64,000 bases of DNA, taken from positions 84,134,001 through 84,198,000 of the forward strand of contig NC_043001.1 of NCBI RefSeq assembly GCF_006345805.1. Reading direction: 5' to 3'. The stretch comes from Octopus sinensis. Lineage: Eukaryota. Both the position numbers and the translations under genes were made by a program. How positions within the stretch are numbered: the stretch's first letter is position 1; each line of letters opens with the position of its first letter. Under the pieces are notes generated by a model, which had not been told where the DNA came from, did not search any database, and saw only the letters and a list, made by a program, of their open reading frames with translations. This document shows positions 1 through 13,640 of the stretch, in pieces.

Positions 1-273
1 ACTGAACAGTTTTGACGGGTAGGCAGAAGTACCAAACGACTAGTTGTATGGGTGGCAATGTGGGTAGCAAGAGTGAGGGGCGGAATGAGACATTTGGATG
101 GGTATGTGGTCAGAAGTAAGAAAGAGAGAAACGTGTTAACAGTTCGTGAGTGTAGGAATGTTGGTGTAGGTGTGTGTATGCGTGTGTATGTGCGTTTGTG
201 AGAATGAGATAGTGAGAGAGTAGAAGAGAAAGCGTGTGTGTGTGTGTGTGAGAGAGAGAGTGAGAGAGAGAGA

Positions 274-304
<31 letters not shown>

Positions 305-2052
305 TTAGAGCATTACGGGTGGTCAGAAAGAAAATATGAAAACTGGTAGAGAAAGCAAGTGTAAGAGGAGAGAGAGAGAGAGAGTGTGTGTGAGAGAGAG
401 AAGGAGAGAGAGGGGATAATTGGGGGTGTGTTGTATTTATTAGAATAAAGCACCATACTAGAAATTTCACAATATGCAATTTAAGGTGCGGGTCTCTAAG
501 CACTGAGCTGTAGACTATTTGGCCACCGGGCCGCAAAGAAAGAATACATTCTAAACATTTGTCTTTATTTTATTGACTATCACAGTCTGCTGAGTGTTTT
601 TGCATTGTATATATATATAATGAATATGTATCATATAAGTAATAATTAAATTTTGCTAATTTTTTTAAGTGCCAACGCACGAAACTCTAGGCCCTTGAGT
701 CACTCAGTAGTTTCTGCTGAATATTGATAAAAATATACATATACTCATAGTTTGAGTTTATTTTTCCCGTTTGCATCACCATACCTGTAATAATTAAATT
801 AGATTATGCACTTTATGTGTATAATCTAATTTTATCGTGTCTTGTCATGCGCGTGATCGCCCTGTTCTTGAAAACATTGTCTTGCACAAGACCTGTCTCT
901 GGCGCAAAAAGGTCGGAGACCGCTGATACAAGGAATCAGAAATTTAAAGTTCTAATCCCGCCAAAGTTGACATTGTCTTTCAGTAAGAGACTGGCGCGAA
1001 TTCTATTCTTTATATCTATTTTCCTTTTAAATCCTGGCTTTGTTTCACGTCAAAAGAGATCATCAGATAATATTTCTGCCATTAAAATTTAGCTCCAGCT
1101 TGGTATATAAGTTTGGGAAAGATCTGTGTTGAATAAGAGACCTGTGGCTGAAGTAGCAGTAGTAGTAGTAGTTGTAGTGCTTGCTGTTGTCTTCTTCTTC
1201 TTCTTCTTCTTCTTCTTCTTCTTCTTCTTCTTCTTCTTGTATCCAACCATGATCGTCCAGGAGCCTGATACCGAATCAATAAGGTATTTACTTTACCGCA
1301 TGCATGCTATTCACCTGAATGAGTGTAATTTGTTGTTGATGCTCATTCATATAATGAGAAAATAGGTTCATTTCCGAAACGGTGAAGTTTTGTACCCTTT
1401 TCGAGGACCACGAAGTACAGGTTTGCACTTTCTTCCTCTTTCACGCTTTCATTTTTCGTGCAAGGTAATACCGCAGCAATGACATGAATCTGCTTCGTGT
1501 GGTGTAATTCAGAAGACTGTTTTTTCTGTAAAAGTGCAACTCCTGTTTCATCTGTCAAAATGACACGTCTATAGAAATCTTTTAACACCATTGTAATAGG
1601 CAAAATGTTACACTAATATTAACGGCTTCAATTTGAAAAAGATACTGGTGTGGGTGTTAGCTGATAATTTTTGAAAGATCACATCAGGTCAAAAGCTAAA
1701 ATAAATAAAAGTTAGGCATGGTCACTCAGCTCAAACGAGTACAAACAAAGGTAAGAACAGGTAATAAGTTCAAACCATGAAAGGTCAAAAAAACTGGCGG
1801 ATGTCTCCGTAAACAGATAGATTAAGTTATTTAACAACTTAGGCGAAGGATATTGCACTTGAAGGTGCGCTAACGTAGCACCTACATATATATCTGCACG
1901 AATTTATTTAACAACATTGTCTTGGCAAAAAAATATATATACACATATACATATACATTCATACATACATATACACGCATATATATATATATACATACAT
2001 ATATACAATATACATATATAAGTGTATATATATACATATATATATAATATAT

Positions 2053-2083
<31 letters not shown>

Positions 2084-2122
2084 AATATATACACACACAC
2101 ACACATATATATATATACACGC

Positions 2123-2155
<33 letters not shown>

Positions 2156-2282
2156 ATACCGTGTGTGTGCATGTGAATGTGCGTGTATGAGAGTATGTGT
2201 GTTTAGATATGTATATTATACACGTATATGTGTGTATGTGTGTGTATCTATATCTATATATCTCTCACTCTCTCTCTCACTT

Positions 2283-2314
<32 letters not shown>

Positions 2315-2795
2315 CACACACACACAGACAAATACATACACACACACATACACAACACACGTATATAGGACACGTGGTGTTCCAGGATTGTCACACCTTC
2401 AAGTTGAAACCGAGAGGGAGTTATTTCCTTGACTTATCTGTCTTTAATCTCTGCCAACTTTATGTGGTGTAACATGTGAAATAATTTGTAATCCCGAGAA
2501 TGTAAATCAATTTGAAGTAAAACAAAACTAAATCAAATAAAAGATAGAAAAACAACGTTTATCTAATTATTGTCTAATTAATATGTAAGTTGTGTGTTTG
2601 GGCATGTACAAAGTGACATTGCTAATAGTGCAATATATACCTGGGCGAAGGCATGGCCTTGTGATAAGAAGCTTGCTTCTCAACCACATGAACCTGGTTC
2701 AGTCACACTTTGGGCAAGTATCTTCTACTAATGCCTCAGGCCGACCAAATCCTTGTGAATGGATTTGATAGACGGAAACTGAAAGAAGCCTGCCG

Positions 2796-2843
<48 letters not shown>

Positions 2844-2945
2844 TATATTATATATATATATATATATATACAGGGAGACGAAGACAGGTGATGTAGAAGA
2901 CAAACAGATGTATTAGTATAACGCTCGCTCGGGAATTGAAAAAGT

Positions 2946-2981
2946 CTTTAACGTTTCGAGCCTACGCTCTTCCACAGAAAG
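2946..2981 (-). ncRNA. Minimal type I hammerhead-like motif (variant core)
   Basis: CUUU-CUGUGGA-A-GAGC(GUAG)GCUC-GAAAC-GUU-AAAG. Confidence 0.55.
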
Positions 2982-3033
2982 GAACACAGAAAGAAACAAG
3001 GAGAGAAAAAATATGTGTAGTGGCTACCGATCT

Positions 3034-3101
<68 letters not shown>

Positions 3102-3269
3102 TACACATATATATATTATACATATATATATATATATATATATATAGACATATATATATAGTTAATCCAACAAGAAAACCCAAAAAAACCCCCAAAAAAA
3201 CACAACAACGCGAGGACGTGGAACAAATAAAGTATTATTGGACGCTCAGGAAAGAAGGGAAGAAGGAGG

Positions 3270-3304
3270 GTTTAACGTTTCGAGCGGAGCTCTTCGTCGG
3301 AAAC
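3270..3304 (-). ncRNA. Minimal type I hammerhead-like motif
   Basis: GUUU-CCGACGA-A-GAGC(UCC)GCUC-GAAAC-GUU-AAAC. Confidence 0.62.
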
Positions 3305-3801
3305 ATAGGAGAAGGAAAGATCCCGAGAAGGGAAGACAGGAAAAACATCGCCAGCGGTACTCATATATACATGTATATATACATGCATATATTTATGTCT
3401 TTGTTTCTGCGTTTGTCCTCCCCACCATCGCTTGACAACCAATGCTGGTGTGTTTACATACCCGTAACTTCGGCAAAAGAAACTGATAGAAAAAGTACTA
3501 ATCTTACAAAGAATAAGTCCTAGGGACGATTTCTTCGACTAAAACCTTTTGAGGCGGTGCTCCAGCATGACCGCAGTCAAATAGCTGAAACAAGTAAAGG
3601 AATAAAAGAATAAAGAAACACACGCACACTCACACACACACACACTCATGCACAGGCACACACCCATATATGTGCGTGCGTGTGTGTGTGTAAGTATGTG
3701 TGTATGTGTATATGTGTGTCAGTGTGTAAATAGTGGAAACATACCAAATATGAAATTAAGCATTTTGGCCGGCGCGGTAACGACTCTGCCATCACACAAT
3801 T

Positions 3802-3869
<68 letters not shown>

Positions 3870-4764
3870 ATAATAATAATAATAGTAAAAGTAATAACGA
3901 TAATAACGATGATGATGATTTTTTCTAATTTTGGGAAAGGGCTGAAATTCGAGGAATGGGGCCTCGTCGATTACATCAATATATTTAGTTAGAACTATAT
4001 ATATTTAATTACAATTTCCCGCAGCTTCACAATACTCAAAGTTTCGAACGTGTAGGACCAGCCACCTCCTCTCACGAATAGACGTATCCCACGGCCACGA
4101 AGCAATCAAGTAATGCATCTAATATATATATATATAAATTAAGCAGCAACTGGAGAAATTTTGATCAGCAAAAATTGACTATCATCGATTATTATTTTTT
4201 AATACGAAACCTTATCCCATCTAACAGCCGTTTCTGCTTCCAATGTCTTACAGTGTTGCCAGTGAAAATTCTGAGAATAATATTCGTCATATTTTGAAAC
4301 ACATCCGATCTGGAATATGAATCTTCATCAGAGTGAAGAAAAATACATAAAAGGAAAGACATGAGGAAAAGCCTCGAGAAGAGGAATGGAGGCTTGATAT
4401 ATTTAAATCATACCGTTTTGCAGTTAACGCTTTAGGACCACACACACACACACACACAAACATAGAAATAATTAAGATTCAGTCCTGTATTATACGCACA
4501 GCTCGAAGTAAGGTAAATAAAAAAAAAAAAAGTCTGTTAATAATAGCAACAGGCATATAATTCTTTAATGACTAGTTCTGATGAAAATTTGCTAAAAAGT
4601 TATAATGGAGTATATTGCATGTTGAATACGTATATGGTCTTATGCACCAGAGGAAGTTTTTTTCGAACCGATGTAATGCTTGTATTGATCGATTAAATCG
4701 AGCCGCTTGAAACGGCTGTAATGCACTAATACCTTGACATCTTTGTTACTTATTTGCGTCTTAT

Positions 4765-4798
<34 letters not shown>

Positions 4799-6442
4799 GT
4801 ATATATATACTGTTGACGAATTAAAATATAATTAAGATTCCGTTGAATTAGGTACTTAAATTAAGGCACCTTGCTAGGTCGGTATAATTAAAACGATATT
4901 AATTGAATATTGAAAATGAAGATTCTGTGCAGGGGTGCTTGTAACTGATATTCCTGCCGTGTGTGCAGACAACGTAACCTAGCTAAGTGAAGATATCCAC
5001 TCTTGGTAGTTCACACATGTATTCTTTATAACGGTTCTTTCTATAGTATTTCCGAAGTGCAGATATCAAGTTAGGTGAATAAAATATAAATGAATAACAA
5101 AGATGTACGGGAGTCAATTCATTACGGCCGTTTCACGCGATTCCTTTCATTGATTAATGAAAGATTACATCATTTGAAAGAAACGGTTCTCGTCAGATGA
5201 CCGCATAGATTTCAAATATAAAGGATACAACCATTTCCTTAATATATTCACATCAATAATGGAACTGAAATACTTACATCGCATTCACCGTTTCCTATCT
5301 GTCCTTCTCTCTCCCTCTTCCTCCTTTATTGTCTTGTTGCTCACACGTGACCATCGTCCATCTTTTTTCCATACGTGTTCATCTTTCTTTTCTTCCGGTC
5401 TGTTGTACAGACCAGACGTATTCTTGCTTGTCTCCTCTCCTATCTTTTCTCCTGTCAAAGAATGTTACTCAGCGTTCGCCACCTTACCCCGTCTTGCTTA
5501 GCAGCCCTCACTATTTGTTTCACTTTCCTGTTTTTGTTACCAACTTTGACCCTTCGCAAAATCCCAAATTATATTTTGGTTTGCGGGAGCAACTGTTTCC
5601 TCGAAAGCACATATTATCGTGAATTGCTCGAAATGTGGAGTAGATAAACAGCCAGCAACTAATGAAGGGTCGTTCTTTATGTTACTTGTCTTGCATTCCA
5701 TTTGTTTCTCTCGTTGTTCGCAAAAAAGTGTCTTTGTATTTCATGTTGTTTACGTTTTGTGACGTCCTGTACCCACATATGCACACACACACACACAGAC
5801 ACGCATACATATTGTAGAATGTTAAGCAAAGCTGGTCCACACTTATTGGCTACCTGATGTCATCATACAGTGGAAAAGCTTCTGCTTTGAATATATACAT
5901 CCGGAATTGATTAGTATCCGCAGAGTTTATAAAGATTGATAAATGAAAGAAATTGGAATGAATGATATTCTTTATTTAAAATCACTACAGTTGTTTCGAC
6001 ACATTTTTACATGTGTAGTACATTGGTTTGATGCTGTGTAATCTGAGTAATCATTATCATGCATCCAAGGTGTAAGATGCACCGTATCAGGTGCTTGTTT
6101 AAATGAGTCCTTCGTTAGATCCTCTCCTCATTTCACTTAGTGTGAGAATGCATACCCAGAGTGGTGTGTCCTTTCAACAGTTTACAGAGAAAACTAAACC
6201 CTTAGATGTAGTGACAGACAAAATACAATTATAATCAAAATACACAATTAAGAAATTAACAAATAGATAAAAAAGACAAGAAAAAGGTCGAGTTATCTAT
6301 AAATTGCCATTCTATCTTAATAAATAAATACACACACACACACACACACACACACACCGTACACACACACAAACAGAGAGAGAGAAGGAGAGAGAGAGAG
6401 GGAGAGAGGAGAGAGGCGAGAGAGGGAGAGAGGGAGAGAGAG

Positions 6443-6496
<54 letters not shown>

Positions 6497-6959
6497 AAGC
6501 TGAGCTACGAAACAATGATGGGCAGCTCAGACATCGCAACATGCGTTTCAATAGCGTGGCTATTTATTCAATAATGCATAATAATTACATAAAATTACAT
6601 AATTTGACATTATTGTATAGCCGTACCGTTTCATCGGGTAATATCCGTCCTTTCTTTGGCGAGATCAGAGGAAGTTGAAGCTAGGCCGGATATCGCATAG
6701 TAAAATAGTGCAGTTATACAATAATGTAAAATGATATACCTTCATGTAGTTATTACACATCGTTGAATAAATGACCACGCGTGTAGCGACGTTTTGAGCT
6801 GTTCATTCTTGTGTCTTTCCCATATGACACCTTATGCAATATGTTGCATTTATTCAATTGATAGAGAAATGCATTTACAGGATGCCTAGGAGCATTTGGT
6901 AAGGATTACTGTTGTATTGACCAATTCAGTGATAGGAAATATTCTTTTCTACTCTAGGC

Positions 6960-7330
6960 ACAAGTCCTGAAATTTTTTGGGAAGTGGCCAGTCGATTAGA
7001 TCGACCCCTGGTACTTAATTTATCGACCTCGAAATGATTAAAGGCAATGTCGACCTCGGCGGAATTTGAATTCAGAACGTAGCGGCAGACGAAATACCTA
7101 TTTCTTTACTACCCACAAGGGGCTAAACACAGAGGGGACAAACAAGGACAGACAAACGGATTACGTCGATTACATCGACCCCAGTGCGTAACTGGTACTT
7201 AATTTATCGACCCGGAAAGAATGAAAGGCAATGTCGACATCGGCGGAATTTGAACTCAGAACGTGGCGGCAGACGAAATACCGCTAAGCATTTCGCCCGA
7301 CGTGCTAACGTTTCTGCTAGCTCACCGCCT
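6960..7330 (-). mobile_element. SINE family A (tRNA-like head, ~165-bp repeated body)
   Basis: Homologous to 21270-22020, 28830-29430, 55116-55343. Confidence 0.8.
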
Positions 7331-7893
7331 AGGAAATATGAATTCTTTTGGAGTACCCTGATAGATTGATATAGGTGGAGGTGCTACAAAATTAATTGCC
7401 AAGGACTTTTCGATCACCACTACAAAATATATGTATGCGTGTATGAATGCTTATAGGAATGCATGAATGTAATATATTTAATACGTGTTTATGCACCATA
7501 AAATATAGTCCAAATATTCTGAAACTTAATTAATTAACATATAATTAAATATATTATTACATTGATACAATAGATATAGTAGTTAAGGTTAAAATTGGCC
7601 AAAACGACTGATCAGAGAAGAGTAGAAAACAAACGAGCTAAATGATATTTCAAATATATATTTTTAACCACTAATTTCATGGACTCAAACAACGTTTGTT
7701 AATAATATAATAATAGTATAACATTAACTGGAGTTACATCTAGTTAATTGAATGTTATGTAGAAGTTACTTCAACATATTCTACTGAATTCTTAACTATA
7801 TTTAATATTATGCAATTATTTTATGACCCACAATATTTTTGTCACTCATCGAAAGACCTGCAGAAAATAATAAAGTTTAAAGATATCAATTAA

Positions 7894-7947
<54 letters not shown>

Positions 7948-8059
7948 TATATAATATATTTCGTTTTGGGATTTGGTTTGCAAGATTCTTTACGTGAGTT
8001 CGTCTCCCCAGGTACAACATTATATATATATTATATATATATATATATTATATATATAT

Positions 8060-8110
<51 letters not shown>

Positions 8111-8577
8111 ATATACATACACACAATACAAAAATCGGACAAGAGCGCAAAACATCCAGACAGACGATACAAAGAAAACAAGGACGGGTCATTTGGAGTT
8201 TTCTTCCCTCAGTTGAGTTCCAGATTATCTTTGCAATTTCGCTGGTTACTGGTTATACTCAAGATTGTTTCGATCTGGCCAGCCCCAAGGAAAAAATAAG
8301 CTAAGAGCATTAGATTCCTTGGAAGAAAGCAGCGAATGCATACGAAAACAAGGACGAAAAAAAACCCCGGAGAAATGTTACACAGATACAAATGCAAATA
8401 ACAGGATATAACAACAGGTGTCTTTCGACTAAGGACGAGTTAGATTAAGCTAGCGTGTGTGGAACATAAGCGTCAGGGACATAAGATTTGACAGGCACAG
8501 GGAGGAATATAGATGTTGTACGGATGGTAGTCGAACCAAGAAAGAAAGGTCAAGGTTGGCTGAACACCGGTCACGTG

Positions 8578-8618
<41 letters not shown>

Positions 8619-8894
8619 AGAAGGATAGAAGAATTAAGGAGAGGTGAGAAAAAAGGGATACAGTGAAGTGAAAGAGGAGGAAAAGTGAGCATGAAGAGAA
8701 GGCCAGCAAATGTGAGAGAGGGGGAACGAAGAGTGGAATGAACGAAGTAAGTGTGAAAGGGCTGTTAGAAAGAAGGAAAGAATGAAAGAATAGAAAGAAT
8801 AGTAGAGTCATATATATATATATATATATATAATATATTTATATAATGTAACCAAATGTGAATCGTTCGTGATTTTTTTCTATTGGACTCTCCT

Positions 8895-8929
8895 GTTTCT
8901 GAAGAAGAGCTTTGCTCGAAGCGTAAAAC
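8895..8929 (+). ncRNA. Minimal type I hammerhead-like motif
   Basis: GUUU-CUGAAGA-A-GAGC(UUU)GCUC-GAAGC-GUA-AAAC; canonical CUGANGA, GAAA changed to GAAG. Confidence 0.6.
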
Positions 8930-9078
8930 CACCTTTCTTCTTTCCCTGAGCGTCTGCTAATACGTTACATGTACTTCGTGCTCGTGTTGTTTTTTTTTTG
9001 TATTTCTTCGTTGTTTTGGGGGGATTTATATATATATATATATATACATAAATATATACATATTCATATGTATGCATG

Positions 9079-9126
<48 letters not shown>

Positions 9127-9175
9127 CATATATATATATATATATATTATATATGTATATACACATACATATATA

Positions 9176-9218
<43 letters not shown>

Positions 9219-9267
9219 ATGTAACCAAATGTGAATCGTTCGTGATTTTTTTCTATTGGACTCTCCT

Positions 9268-9301
9268 GTTTCTGAAGAAGAGCTTGCTCGAAGCGTAAAA
9301 C
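9268..9301 (+). ncRNA. Minimal type I hammerhead-like motif (tandem duplicate)
   Basis: Same as 8895 with a 2-nt stem II loop. Confidence 0.58.
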
Positions 9302-11058
9302 CACCTTTCTTTCTTTCCCTGAGCGTCTGCTAATACGTTACATGTACTTCGTGCTCGTGTTGTTTTTTTTTTGTATTTCTTCGTTGTTTTGGGGGGATTT
9401 ATATATATATATATTATATATATATATATATATACATAAATATATACATATTCATATGTATGCATGTATGTATATATATATATATTATATATATATATAT
9501 ACACATACATATATATATATATAATATATATATATATAATATATATATATATACATAAATATATACATATTCATATGTATGCATGTATGTATATATATAT
9601 ATATACATAAATATATACATATTCATATGTATGCATGTATGTATATATATATATATGTATATACATGCATACATACATATATCCATATTTGTGTGTGTAT
9701 GTATAGCTATCAATCTATTATTTATACAAGGGTTGTCCCGAAATTAATACAAAATGGACATTTTTTCCTACAGTAACTTCTCTTACTGTTTTTCAATGTA
9801 GACAAGGGTTCGTATACATACATACATACACACACATACGTTTGCGTGAATGAGTGTGTGAGTGTGTGTGTCTGTTTGACTGTGTTTGCGTGCGTATAAA
9901 ATTACAAAACGTTGGTTTGTTCGTCGTCGCTGATTATTGCACAAACTATTTTGTAGAGTAGAGAAAGAATGAATAAGCTGAATAAACATTATTTACTCGT
10001 TGAATGAGAGTAAATGCCATGATTCGATATTGAGTTAGATTTGGATCTGTCTACAAAAACAAAGCATCTCCTGATATAACGGATAATTAATAAGGTGTAG
10101 AATATATATAATGGAACTCCAGGAGAATTAACACTTTGCGTAATTAACTTCCACGGTCCTTCCCATCATGATATTAGTTATCCGACAAAATGTAGAACTG
10201 TTGTTTTGCTTCTGCAATGCATTACTGAGTTGTCTGTAGGTACGAATTTCATATCCACCACTAAAAGTATTTGATTCTTGCACTGTAAATAAAGAGGTAT
10301 TTGATGAAATATGTGAAAAAAAAAAAAAAACACCTGAAAAATTATCTTTTGCAAAAATTCTTACTGGGTATGTTTTCAGTTCTCACAGGATACGGAAAAG
10401 TGTTTTTCAAAGCTGTGGGTTAAAATCGCTTTCTGCATTTAATGGTAATAGCATTTAGTACAGATATATCTGCTTTCTGCTTTCAAAGGGTTAAGAAAAA
10501 AATGATAGTGTTTCGGAGTTAATGTTATATAAGAGAAGTGCGTTGCAATAGTTAATGATCTTTGTCGATTATTCTAGACGTTCTGTGCGTCTGCAAGATG
10601 ATAGATCTTGTCGAAAGTGCAGACCTTGTGCGTGGATTTTTTTGGTGGTAGATTAACAATTAATTGTCCTTGCCCGCAAGTGTCCTGTCGTCATAACAGT
10701 AATGTGTTCCAAAAGAAAGCCTCACCCGATATAGTTTGACACTTTTGCGGTCGTAGGCGTTCCGGAATAAATACCACAAGTCATCTTGTTAGATATTGTA
10801 ACAACACTGCCAATCTACCATTCTGGATTGAAACTTTGTTTATTGACTCCGGAAGGAAGAAAAGTAAAATTGACCAATATAGAATTTGAATCCAGAACAC
10901 AGAGAGGCAAAATACCATATTTTCTGGCATGCCATTCGACATTGTATATCGTGTAAGCATCTTATGTAAACATTCAAATATCGTCAATATCTTTCAAGAT
11001 TCTGCGGCATTTTTGTTGGAACTTTTGGTCCTCCAAAATTGTGTTTGTGTAATAAGTC

Positions 11059-12532
11059 CCTGTGCAGACAATTCGTTGACAGACATTTCGCCGACAGACA
11101 ATTCGCCGATTGGACAATAGGCTGATTGGACAATAAGTCGACATGCGGAAGTATCGATCAAGGAGTTTATCAAAACGGAACGAGGAAGCAGAAGGCTTCT
11201 ATACAAAGGGTACTCCTATATTATTGATAGAACCAGAAAAGAAAAGACTTATTGGAGCTGCGTAAATCGTAATCTGTGCAGTGCTAGACTGACAACGACT
11301 GACGATGAAATTAGCACAACTCCTTCTGAACACTTACATCCATCTACGCCGATTGAAAATCACGCTGTAAACGTTAAGGAAGAAATAAAGCTTCTTGCCA
11401 GACGAGCTGAACAATTGCCAAGCTCTATAGTTGAAACCGTAGCTTCCGATGTCCCCCTAAGATTTTACTGGATGTTTACCGAAAATAGAATCTCTTAAAT
11501 ATTAAGTGCAACGGAAAACACCAGTTATTAATGAGATTGAATTGTATAAAACGCCAAGAGGTGATAATTTTCTACAATATAGAAATGATGAGGTTTCTAT
11601 ATTTGGTACTGTGAAAAATTTAGAAATTTCATCCAAGAAAAGTGAGTGGTTTTGTGACGGACCGTTTGACTGCGCTCCTTTAGGTAAGCCGTTATACACA
11701 ACCCATACATTAATTTGTGAAAGTAAAACGGTGCCTCTACTTTATTGTATAACAAACAGTAAATTCGAAGCAAATTATGAATTGGTATTTAAATTTATTA
11801 AAGAAGAAAGGAATATAAGTGTGAAATCAATTACAGTTGACTTTAAGTAGGCAGCTATAAGCAGCATTAAAAAAAAAAAATTCCCTCACGTTTCTGTGTT
11901 TGGTTGTTTTTTCCACTTCAGTGTTTATGGCGCAAGATATAGGCAACAGGTTTACAAACGTGATATACGGAAGGAGAAAATGCATTTACTATAATACAGC
12001 TGTAAGCGTTAGCTTTCGTGTCATCTAATGATGTAGCTACTTTGTTTGAACAATTCCATCATTATTTAAGCGCTCAAACTGATGAAATTTTGGAGGAATT
12101 CCTGTCTTATTTTGAGTATACTTGAGTAGGAATCATGCAACGTGATAGACGTCGACGACCACTATACGACGTTTCAACAGAGTTCTCAATAATATCCCGA
12201 AAACCAACAACTCTCTAGAAGGGTGGCACCACGCCTTCAGTAGAAGATTTAACGTTCATCACCTTACCTTGTCCAAATTAATCGAGAAGTGTAGGGTAGA
12301 ACAGTCACACACCGAAATGGTAATAGAACAAAGAAAAGCAATTATACGTAATATCTATTTTTTGAATAAATTGTTTTTATTTGTAAGTCTAATAAAACTT
12401 TGTCGTAATTTTTACTTTGTTTTTAAAAAATGTCAACATATTGTCCTTTCGGTAAATTGTCCAATCGGTCAATTGTCCTGTCTGTAAGGTGTATGTCTGC
12501 CAACTATCTGTCGACGAATTGTCCGTCTACCG
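11059..12532 (+). mobile_element. Decayed Mutator-like (MULE) transposon with FLYWCH zinc finger
   Basis: N-terminal FLYWCH-like FIKTERGSRRLLYKGYSY...KTYWSCVNRNLCSARLTT...HLH from ~11146. MULE core WFCDGPF...VPLLYC...ITVDFK*...GCFFHFS and C-terminal TNNSLEGWH. Long imperfect TIRs built of GACAATTCG-like subrepeats. Flanked by aataagtc/tataagtc (7/8) putative TSD. Stops and frameshifts present. Confidence 0.82.
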
Positions 12533-12988
12533 TATAAGTCAACCTACTTCTTTCTATAAATTTTGGCCTGAAAAATTTGATTTGCTTGAAGGAAAATACG
12601 GTATATACCCCGAAGCATTATCTCAGGCAATTTAATAAACCATCTTTGCTGTCTAAGAGTAAAAATTAAGAGATATTGAAAGGAGAAGCATATATATTTA
12701 CCACGTGCTTCTAGAAAACAATTTAATAAAACAAATAAGTGAAAAAATATATCTGATCAACCTAGTTTACATAACAGTATACCTTAATTAAAACTTATTA
12801 ATTGTATTAATTAGTCCCACACCTGTACTTTCTTTGTATCTAAGCATTACTTACTGATCATTTATTTGTTAACAACGTATTTCATGCATTTTAATACCTA
12901 CTTTTCATATATATTTATTCCTTACCATTTGATATTTGTACCTACATGTTTCCTGTCCATCTGGTTGCATATTTACGTTGGCGTACAG

Positions 12989-13090
12989 TGACGGACGATG
13001 CCCATACCAGTGTCAGAAACAATATTCAGTGCGGGAGTCTTACCACGTAAAGTGTGGCTGGTGGGGATGGAGACGATGTAAACGTTACAG
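12989..13090 (+). CDS. EMI-like domain exon A of EMI + EGF-array extracellular protein (MEGF6-like architecture)
   Basis: Translates DGRCPYQCQKQYSVRESYHVKCGWWGWRRCKRY(R). Donor TACAG|gtaagt at 13090. Acceptor gtacag| at 12988 follows a ~140-nt AG-free zone. 102 nt, phase 2-2. The 5' boundary is uncertain (see finding on ATG 12946). Confidence 0.8.
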
Positions 13091-13129
13091 GTAAGTAGAA
13101 TAGTTTCATACAAGAACCTATACTTATAT

Positions 13130-13640
13130 CTTTCATTTCACTCGTCAGATTTTACATCTTAACCCTAAAATTTCTCCGTTTGCATCACGCATATTATATC
13201 TCAAATCTTTCGTCTCATACCACAGACGTCACCCATCTTATCACGTTTCACTTTGTAAATTTCAAAAGCTTAGTTTTAACGTCTCAATATCTCATGCGTC
13301 CCAATTCTCAGTTCTCAAATTCAAAGCTCACACCTCGAAACTTACACAGCACATCTCACATCTCATATGTCAGATTTCACAATTCAAATCTCATAACTCA
13401 CATTTTACATTTTGCTTTCACATTTCAAACATCACATCCTTATCTTATTTATCAGAATCCATATCTCACACTTTCAACCCACTACATTTTACAGATTACA
13501 TTTCACATATCACATCTCACAATAAATTTCACTTTTTAATTTTCACATCCCATTTCGATCATCTACAATCACCATATATATTTTATATCTTTCATCGCCT
13601 CTCCCATCTCATACTTCAAATTTCGAAGTCATCGTCATCT
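13130..13640. repeat. Degenerate TCACA/TCTCA low-complexity repeat
   Basis: Recurring tcacat/tctcaaa/atttcac units. Confidence 0.55.

Larger units (their letters stand above)
2645..3615 (+). mobile_element. SINE family B (tRNA-like head, internal TA/TG microsatellite, AAAGA-type tail) with nested inserts
   Basis: Same head, body and tail as 23815-24260, 24272-24670, 35700-36120, 39672-40107, 46320-46697. Confidence 0.8.

Noticed and set aside
1343-1603. Minus-strand ORF with DFYRRVILTDET and FVVLEKGTKL, reminiscent of a Tc1/mariner (DD37D-like) catalytic region
   Set aside because: Only two short motif resemblances, no TIRs or later catalytic motifs at the right spacing; needs an HMM search.
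5259-5760. Candidate upstream signal-peptide exons (MELKYLH..., MKGRSLCYL...)
   Set aside because: No good phase-2 donor and unconvincing hydrophobic cores.
10575-10660. LQDDRSCRKCRPC stretch resembling an EGF tail
   Set aside because: Wrong Cys spacing, no matching acceptor/donor pair, in-frame stop.
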